DNA of 64,000 nt from Corallochytrium limacisporum Hawaii. Its lineage: Eukaryota; Protista; Pluriformea. Within the stretch, counting starts at the first letter, position 1. The number at the start of each line of letters is the position of its first letter. The notes beneath the pieces were generated by a model. The model had not been told where the DNA came from and did no database searches. It saw nothing but the letters and a program-made list of their open reading frames with translations. Location of the stretch: the NCBI GenBank assembly GCA_002811645.1, contig PDIP01000043.1:160934-224933 (forward strand). Reading direction: 5' to 3'. Below, piece by piece: positions 56,835-64,000 of this stretch. The position numbers were made by a program, and so were the translations under genes.

Positions 56835-58340
56835 ATGGTCATGAGTAGTGTTGTTGAGCGGCAGAGGCTGCTCCATAGGGAGATTGATGTGCTTGTTGAC
56901 CAGGCGGTCGAGGCGTTGAGCAAAGCACAAGATGTGAGGCGAGGGGAAACTTCAAAACAGCGCTGCAGGCGGCTAATGCGTGAGGCTGTGAGCGCGGCAT
57001 TGATTGAACAAACCCTTTCGAAACAGGACGCTTTACTAAGTCAGTATTTGAGCAGTTCGGGAACCCGACAGGAAGAAATCGATACGATCAAGTGCCTCAC
57101 TGCAGAGTCCCCTATCGAGGCAGCCGTGAATGAGTTCCGACTTGCTCTAAAGGGGCTCAAGACCGGGAGCGCGTCGACATCCACGGTTACCCAAGAATCT
57201 GACGTACACTCAATATTTCCTCCACAGTTCACTGACATTGCTCAACGGAAGGCTTTGCTGCCGTTTCGTGAACAAGAGCACATTGGGCGCTTCCTTGACT
57301 TAGGGATCCACTATGAACGGTTTATGTCAATAGCACCGGACACACCCGGCACACCAAGCACATTGATGAAATACGTCGCCAGCATAGACGATTTTTCTTA
57401 TATTGCGAAAAATACCAAGCAAAGACCGGAGTACCGCCAGTTCCTCTCTAGTCTCCGAGATGATTTGCTGAGGTACCACCGAGGACGGTTTCCATTGCAC
57501 GACATTGATACAGATTTGGATCGAGTCAAGTCTGACGTTATGTCTGATCTACAGCTAGGAAAACTAACAAATTGGTCGGAGTACTCTACCATAACTGATG
57601 GAGAAGACAATGGTAATCCTACGAACTACTGTGTGGCATGCAAGAGAGTGTTCGCAAACTCGGCTGTCTTCGAGGGCCATCTTAGCGGGAAAGCACATAG
57701 GTTCAAGCAGGCCAAACTAGATAAGCGATTGAAGAAACACGGCTCTCCAAATGACAACGTGGGTGGCATCAACACTGCCAATGATCTTCTGAAAAAGCGC
57801 ATTGAGGGCCTTGTTGTGCTTGAGTGGGAGATCAAAGCCCTGGCAGATCGCCTTCGAGAGGATTTGGATGATACCGTCAAAGAGTTGGAACGTACGGCGA
57901 CGTTGACAGACAAGGAACGAGCAATGGAGCGACAGGAACTACTTCAGGCCATCATGGATGTAGACGTTCTGGAAACCAGTGACGATGAGATTTTGGATCC
58001 AGTGGAGCAGGGCGGCCAGTATGGAACGCATGACTTGGAACAAATGTATACGGATGTCGACGGCACTCCGATTCCCCGCTGGCTCTGGAAGTTACGTGGA
58101 TTGAATCAAGAGTTCGTTTGCGAAATTTGTGCCAATGATGTGTTCAAAGGCCCTCATGCATTCCATAATCACTTTAAGCGGTCCAAACATAGCGCAGGCT
58201 TGCACATGCTCGGCATCAAATTCTCGCCAGAATTCATCGGTGTAACTGGAATTGAGGAAGCTAAGGCACTTTGGGAGTCCATACACACGCGAGCGATGGA
58301 GACATTCTTCCGGCCGGGTCATGAAGAAGACGCCGAATGA
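56835..58340 (+). CDS. SF3A3: Splicing factor SF3a60/Prp9-like (divergent)
   Basis: VVERQRLLHREID, EHIGRFLDL, ZnF YCVACKRVF....FEGHLSGKAH, C-terminal GTPIPRWLWKLRGLNQEFVCEICAN..FKGPHAFHNHF...H..GL..LGI. Confidence 0.85.
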   Translation: MVMSSVVERQRLLHREIDVLVDQAVEALSKAQDVRRGETSKQRCRRLMREAVSAALIEQTLSKQDALLSQYLSSSGTRQEEIDTIKCLTAESPIEAAVNEFRLALKGLKTGSASTSTVTQESDVHSIFPPQFTDIAQRKALLPFREQEHIGRFLDLGIHYERFMSIAPDTPGTPSTLMKYVASIDDFSYIAKNTKQRPEYRQFLSSLRDDLLRYHRGRFPLHDIDTDLDRVKSDVMSDLQLGKLTNWSEYSTITDGEDNGNPTNYCVACKRVFANSAVFEGHLSGKAHRFKQAKLDKRLKKHGSPNDNVGGINTANDLLKKRIEGLVVLEWEIKALADRLREDLDDTVKELERTATLTDKERAMERQELLQAIMDVDVLETSDDEILDPVEQGGQYGTHDLEQMYTDVDGTPIPRWLWKLRGLNQEFVCEICANDVFKGPHAFHNHFKRSKHSAGLHMLGIKFSPEFIGVTGIEEAKALWESIHTRAMETFFRPGHEEDAE

Positions 58341-58445
58341 CAACACGAGTCATTGTCAATAAAACTAGTAATGTATCATTCATTAAACATTCGCTACAAG
58401 ATGGCTTAAGAAGTTGCCATTAGTTGCAGGCGGACGAGGTTCAGC

Positions 58446-60596
58446 TCAACCAAAGATCTGGTTCTTGTGAACTGACTGCGTCTTCTCAAGCACCGGGCGT
58501 TTGGGAATCTTAACAGCCTTCATTCTGCTCCTGTCGGTGTTGCGCCGTGTTATCTGGGGGATTTGGCTAGTGGTTGCCCTTAAGTTTGGATGCCTAGGTA
58601 CTCCGTTGACACCGCTGATGGCACTATAGGTACCCGCGACGTCTGTGGTGCTCATGATAGTTTGTCGGCGCAAGTTAACAACAATGCTATCGAGGACTTG
58701 TTCAATCTCCAAATGATTCTGAATGGCCGACATGTGACGGAACGTCTCAAACTGCGCGGTCTTAACGCCGTACGCAATAGTCTCATTCGTAGGGTTTGAA
58801 ATGATCTTGGCGAAATCCCAGAGGCGCATAGGAGGTGCCAAAGTGACATTTCCGTAATAGTCCTGAGCCAGAATCTCACGGATTGCAATGAAGAGCTTTG
58901 GGACTATGCCAAGGTTGATCATCTGGCTGCAGCGGTGCCTTATCTCGGAGCTGCCAATCATGAGCAGAGACTTGGGAAGAAAATGAGACACTCGCATGAC
59001 GGGGTTGATATGAGGGTTCACTTGAGACACAATAAAGTGGTTCACATTGAACAACTCGCTCAACCGCAGCATGGGCAAATCTGCCTCCAGACTTCCGTCC
59101 ATCCAGCGACTCTCATATTGATTCCATGGCACAATCTTGCCCTCGTCATCTTTAGCCATAAGCTCTACACTCGGCATCAGACCAGGCATCGCACAGCTTG
59201 CGCATGCACCACTCCAAATGGTGACGTCGGGCGCGGTCAAATAATTCAGCAAGCGAGGTCCCTCATGCTCTTGTGACGAGTTGATGCTAATATTCAAAAT
59301 CCGCCCGGTCATATTGTAGGACTCTCTGAAGGTCATATCTCCTGCGTAGCGACGGATGCATTCCCGAAGGTAGTGGTTGGGTACCAAATATCCCTTGGAC
59401 ATCAGACGGAGAACTTTGCGTCCAAAGCTCCACGTCTCTCCATGATTATTAAAGGCCTGGACGTCGAATCCGTCATCCTCAAACAATTTGTACACGTCTT
59501 CGTCCTTCGTACAGCAGAGCAGACAGGAAATCAAGGCGCCGCCGGATGAGCCACTCAAAATGCGGGGTAGAAGGCCTTGTTCCCATAAAGCCTTGCACAC
59601 CCCAAGATGGTACATTGCTAGGGCACCTCCACCGCTCATAAGCAGTGCAGACCGACCGAAGGAGCGGCGAATGTCCTCAAACATTGCAAGTTTTTCTACA
59701 AGGGGCAAGCCGGGAATGTCAGTTTCCCCAATCTGTTTCAGTTGGTGTGCAACCTCGTCAATATACTGCTCGATGAGAACTTTAGTGCCGACATGTGTCT
59801 TTGAGTACAACTTATCGTTCAACATGCCACCCAGATTGCGAAACAGCCCAGAGCGCAACAGATACATCACTTGCATAAGGTCCTTCTTCTTACTAGCTTC
59901 CCGTAGTTCTTCAAGGCGCTTGAAGATAAGCATACTATCGTAGTCGTCACACTCCATCTGGAACTTCCATGGGGTCTTTCCCTCAATATCATCCAGCATG
60001 AGTGCTACTTTGCAATATTGTTCGTAAGTGCTAGCCTCATACATCTCTTGGTAGAGCTGGCGCAAGCGGAGACTATTTGGGATCAACCATTCACTTATAT
60101 TTCGAGTCCAATGAGACGCAATATCAGAAACCAATGCCAAACCAGTAGCATCGATGGACGAAACCGAGTCTTGCCTGGAAAGCTGTCTCGCAAACTGAAC
60201 TGGGTTCTCCAGCTTCGGGGTCACACCTTCGTCAAGAATTAGAGGGTCAATTTCCTCTGTATGCTGCAATGCAAACGCAAGTTTCTTTGGAGTCTCAAAC
60301 CCAAGAGTGCCAAAGCTATCCATCCGAGTTATGTCACAAGTGCTGACACTGTCCCTAAGACTAAAGCCATCTCCCCGAGCTTCCTCATACTCGATGTGTT
60401 GGTTGTTGTTAGAGCGTAATACCGGTGATCCCAGTGGTGCAGGGACAGCACGGTCGACTTCCGCCTCTTCAGCCAAACGAGCCCTCTCATGTTCTCGCTT
60501 CCGATCGTCTTCAAACGTGGGACGGGGCTCTGCACTAGGGCTCCGTCCATTCTCCCGTGGCGTCTTCAAGACGTCGGTACCTTCTGATAGAGCCAT
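58446..60596 (-). CDS. Patatin-like triacylglycerol lipase, TGL3/4/5-SDP1 family
   Basis: DUF3336-like region (LDDIEGKTPWK, LRSGLFRNLGG), SALLMSGGG, GSSGG nucleophile motif, TGRILNI, LLNYLTAP.V.IWS, WMDGS, FNVNHFIVSQVNPH. Confidence 0.92.
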   Translation of the reverse strand: MALSEGTDVLKTPRENGRSPSAEPRPTFEDDRKREHERARLAEEAEVDRAVPAPLGSPVLRSNNNQHIEYEEARGDGFSLRDSVSTCDITRMDSFGTLGFETPKKLAFALQHTEEIDPLILDEGVTPKLENPVQFARQLSRQDSVSSIDATGLALVSDIASHWTRNISEWLIPNSLRLRQLYQEMYEASTYEQYCKVALMLDDIEGKTPWKFQMECDDYDSMLIFKRLEELREASKKKDLMQVMYLLRSGLFRNLGGMLNDKLYSKTHVGTKVLIEQYIDEVAHQLKQIGETDIPGLPLVEKLAMFEDIRRSFGRSALLMSGGGALAMYHLGVCKALWEQGLLPRILSGSSGGALISCLLCCTKDEDVYKLFEDDGFDVQAFNNHGETWSFGRKVLRLMSKGYLVPNHYLRECIRRYAGDMTFRESYNMTGRILNISINSSQEHEGPRLLNYLTAPDVTIWSGACASCAMPGLMPSVELMAKDDEGKIVPWNQYESRWMDGSLEADLPMLRLSELFNVNHFIVSQVNPHINPVMRVSHFLPKSLLMIGSSEIRHRCSQMINLGIVPKLFIAIREILAQDYYGNVTLAPPMRLWDFAKIISNPTNETIAYGVKTAQFETFRHMSAIQNHLEIEQVLDSIVVNLRRQTIMSTTDVAGTYSAISGVNGVPRHPNLRATTSQIPQITRRNTDRSRMKAVKIPKRPVLEKTQSVHKNQIFG

Positions 60597-61048
60597 TATT
60601 TTGTGTTCGTTTTTTTGGCCTGCTATTGAATAATTAAAATTTTCGGTGCACACGTCCACAGGGTGTATTGTATGGGAAAATGGCCTACTCGTCCATCCTG
60701 TGCTTCCAAGTGATTGATAATTTGTTCAAGCCAAGGGCTGTCCGTGACGACTCTCAGGTTCACGTAGCCAATATAGAAGATAATGCTCACTTCTTGCCTT
60801 CTCCAAATGGTCGAGTTATGCGTATGGAATACCTGTCATCATTGGAGGAGGCCTATCAGTCTCACGGCCCGGTCGGTAGCAAGCGAGAATGGAAACAAAG
60901 CAAAGATTGCCAGGTCTGTCCCCTCCCCGCGACGGTGACCCGTCTGCGGCAAATCCGTCCGCCATATATTGTCTACAGGAGCTCCAGAGAGAGTTTTCGT
61001 CTGCGCGCTCCCGCCTCCCCCCTATTTATTAACGGTCGTCCCTTTCCG

Positions 61049-61064
61049 CCCCCGGGGGGGGGGG
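61049..61064. promoter_or_regulatory. C5G11 palindrome upstream of TGL/SDP1 lipase
   Basis: CCCCCGGGGGGGGGGG, ~450 nt upstream of the ATG. Confidence 0.5.
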
Positions 61065-62560
61065 CTGGTTGGGCGCCCTGGGGTGTATCTAACCGATCTG
61101 TACCGCTGTCTTACTACTGCTGCTTCTTTTTTTTTATTCCCCCGCCGTTGGTTCCACCCAAAACGAGACCCTTGGGGGCAGCGGTGCCTGTTGCAGTGCT
61201 CGACCCGCCGGCTCCGCTGCCGCAGCAGCAAACACAGACGCAAGGCAGGCAGAGACAGAGAGTTGGACGGACAACACGTTACGCAGCGGACCGATAGGTA
61301 GGTAAGGCAGCGATATGCGCAGTTGTGTTACCACTGGGAAGAAACAAAAAGGAACAGAAGTGGAAGCGAACGGGCGGCTCGTCTAATTCTCTTCCTTGAC
61401 TTGTCCTGAGCGGTGCTCTGAGACTGAAGCTGTTCCTGACGGGCCCACTTCCGACGGCAATAGGCTCCAATTCGAGTTTGCCCCAAAATTTTGAAGAAAG
61501 GCTTTAACTTGTCCAGTATTGGAACTGGTATGCAATGCTACGGGCGATGATCCATCGCTCGCACCCCTCTTAGGTTGACGAAAAGCACAGGTGACTTTAG
61601 TTGATCTCAGCGAGGTAGTGACGCGTAACAGGTAGATTACACTGCGATTTGTCCAGTATCTCACTGTCGTTCCCCAACTCCCTTTACACAGTAATGCCTT
61701 GATCAGTGGGCACGCGACTTTTGATCCCGCTGTGGGCAGCTGATACGTGAGAGCGAGAACCCCGACGCGGCAACAGTGAGCCCAGTGCCGGAGCAGTTGC
61801 TGCTTGAACTCTGTCTGTCGCCCACTTTGGAGAAAAATTTTTTCTCCCTTCCCTCCGGTGCGCGCCAGACAAACAGACCCGCACGCACGGGGCAATGTAA
61901 AAATAGCACCCGCCCTGGTGGGTCATTCAGCAAATCAACTGATTGTTTCATCTGCACCTTGATGGCGAAACCCCGTGGGTAAATAGGACATAGGGCCACC
62001 AGACACAAATTTTGTGGGGTGCTTCGAACCCGTATCTTCACAGTAGACTGATGGCAGGGTGCAATATCCGGCCAATGACCGAGACGGATGAAAAGCCGGC
62101 AACAAACACTTAGGGGCTTTTGGAAAACCAACAAAGAACATTTGAAAGCATAAGGCCATAACCAAAGTTAGCAAAGCAGGAACCCCCTCTGGGTCTGTGG
62201 GGAAGAAAAATGGGTGGTGAGAGTTAGCTTCCATACCTACCCGCCGAGCTCGAAAGACTGTTCCAGCCGCTGCTCGCAGCGTGTCTTGCTCGAGGCTAGA
62301 AGGCCAGCATGTTGACATGAACAGCTCTGCATATCAATCCGCACTTGAGCAATGTCCAGTGGGATACCATGACAATGAGTGTCGGTCGTACATTCCGAAG
62401 AGTGTCCTTCGAAAGAGAAAATCAGGTTTCTGCGGCTGTCACAGCGTGGCAAGTAGGCTTGATTCATTGGAGGGTATGTTATATGCACATTTACTGTTGA
62501 CCAGCTCGCACATTTGGCAAGTACGTCCCTGAATGCTTTACGCGCCCTTTTTGATCTCAA

Positions 62561-64000
62561 TTAGGCACCACTGAGTTGATGGATGAGAGTCTCCGGATCA
62601 TCCTGTGGATAGAATTTGCGCAGTTGCGAGTTAGGGATATAAAAGTTCCGAACACGACGACTAAAGTATCGTCCAATGTCCTTGTGCGGTATGTCTTCAA
62701 AGGTTTCGCAGATCTCCAGGTTGTCTTCTGCAGCGTAGCGCATACTCCCATCCTCAACCAAGACGTGGTAAAATGGCTGTTCTGTGCCACGTTCAAGGCT
62801 CCTTACACCCATACGAAAGATCCATTCATTGGACTGTTGGCAGCCAGGATCCCAGCTACGGATGACACACTTATAGTTATACCGGCGATGCTTCATTACC
62901 ATGCCCACACAGAATTTGACATACTCGTGCGCGCTGCCTGGGTCTCGCAACTTTTGCAGAAGGACCGCATTGCGCAAATTTGTCTCATGCTGCCTCCGAT
63001 TGAGCTCCGCTTGAGTCTTGAAAGCTGAATGCAGCTGTCGCAGGAACTGCATAACGTCTGGTTCGGTTTCGGAGGACAATTGTTGGTCATCCCGGCCTTC
63101 AATATCTTCGAGAAGACTACCAATGAAACGAGCAGCTTCATTGCTACGATTGGGCTTGTATGCAAGGACTAGCTGGCCCTGTAGGCGCACCTCATCTACA
63201 TTCTGCGGGGCCAACGCGATGATAAAGTTCAGACACTGATAGAGTTTATCCGGCTGCACGCTTATGATTTGATATATGCGCAGAAGATTTCTGAACATGC
63301 GACACACCACAGCAGGTCCTTCGGCTGCCCGGAACCACACAGATGCAAGACCTGGCATTGAAATCAAGAGCTCCGCTTCTCTGCGAGTCATCAGCTTGGC
63401 TTCTCGATAACAGTCAATATAGACGTAGTTGTCGTCGTCCCTTTCTTGGTCGTCACTCACTCTGTACCTGCATAGAAATACTTGAGGGAAGTTAACGAAC
63501 TCAACATCGATTCCACACCGACGTGCTACAGCTGCATAGATCGCACACAAAATGATTGGTAGACCTTGCTTACGGGCCAGAACGATGTCGATGAAGGACC
63601 CATCAGCGTCATACGTACCACCTGTCTCCCGTCCGAAGCCGAGTTCGCTGACGTATGCATGGCCGAAAGACTCAATTGTTCTCCGAGGGTCCGTGGGATC
63701 CATAATGAATTGATTCTTCAGCGTCTCTGCAAGTTCGTCAAGCTGTTTTTGGACGCTCTGGGCCACAATATGGGGGTTGTTCCATCCGGCGACTAGAATG
63801 GCACCTCGCTCCACGATCTCAACTGCCATCCCCCTGGGCATCCTACGCAGGCATTTCATCTCCGCAAGTGTGCTCATATAGCTTACTTCGTTGAGAACTT
63901 GCCGATTATAGTAGTCCTCTGTGAGATCTCCCTCTTCATGGTTGATACTCCTTGGGATGTCGCTGAGATAACGGGTTAGTAGATAAGCCTCTAGTCGTGT
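62561..64000 (-). CDS. FBXO21: FBXO21-like protein (transglutaminase-like SirB1 + YccV/HspQ domain), 5' end outside window
   Basis: SFIDIVLARKQGLPIILCAIY..VARR.G, VNFP, YIDCY; YccV VKFCVGMVMKHRRYNY.CVI.SWD...QPFYHVLVEDGSMRYAAEDNL. Frame stays open from 63877 to the window end. Confidence 0.9.
   Translation of the reverse strand, partial: TRLEAYLLTRYLSDIPRSINHEEGDLTEDYYNRQVLNEVSYMSTLAEMKCLRRMPRGMAVEIVERGAILVAGWNNPHIVAQSVQKQLDELAETLKNQFIMDPTDPRRTIESFGHAYVSELGFGRETGGTYDADGSFIDIVLARKQGLPIILCAIYAAVARRCGIDVEFVNFPQVFLCRYRVSDDQERDDDNYVYIDCYREAKLMTRREAELLISMPGLASVWFRAAEGPAVVCRMFRNLLRIYQIISVQPDKLYQCLNFIIALAPQNVDEVRLQGQLVLAYKPNRSNEAARFIGSLLEDIEGRDDQQLSSETEPDVMQFLRQLHSAFKTQAELNRRQHETNLRNAVLLQKLRDPGSAHEYVKFCVGMVMKHRRYNYKCVIRSWDPGCQQSNEWIFRMGVRSLERGTEQPFYHVLVEDGSMRYAAEDNLEICETFEDIPHKDIGRYFSRRVRNFYIPNSQLRKFYPQDDPETLIHQLSGA

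Noticed and set aside
61383-62560. Short ORFs between the lipase and FBXO21
   Set aside because: No recognisable motifs or codon bias; probably UTR or intergenic.
1-64000. Mobile elements, CRISPR arrays, rRNA
   Set aside because: No transposase/RT motifs, terminal repeats, regularly spaced direct repeats or rRNA signatures were seen.

Overview
This is a compact eukaryotic genomic window with about 23 intact protein-coding genes, one 5'-truncated gene and one clear pseudogene. It has three assembly gaps. No prokaryotic features, transposons, tRNA/rRNA genes or CRISPR arrays were recognisable. Gene content mixes animal-type genes (Runx, PEN-2, LRRC40, FBXO21) with fungal-type genes (DUG2, TGL3/4/5-SDP1 lipase), and every intact CDS is a single uninterrupted ORF. 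This points to an intron-depleted unicellular holozoan, possibly Corallochytrium-like (inference only). Main observations: (1) almost every gene has a GT..AG intron-like segment in its 5' leader ending a few to ~45 nt before the ATG, suggesting spliceosomal introns confined to 5' UTRs; (2) a recurrent poly(C)-poly(G) palindrome/tract marks the mostly bidirectional promoters and flanks all three gaps; (3) two axonemal genes are damaged: CCDC180 has a frameshift and in-frame stops, and CFAP91 lacks its N-terminal half, which looks like flagellum loss in progress; (4) the Runx protein has a Runt + IPT/TIG + ankyrin architecture; (5) the two transcription-factor genes (Runx, SRF) have unusually long non-coding upstream regions. 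All family assignments come from motif recognition by eye; no database searches were run.
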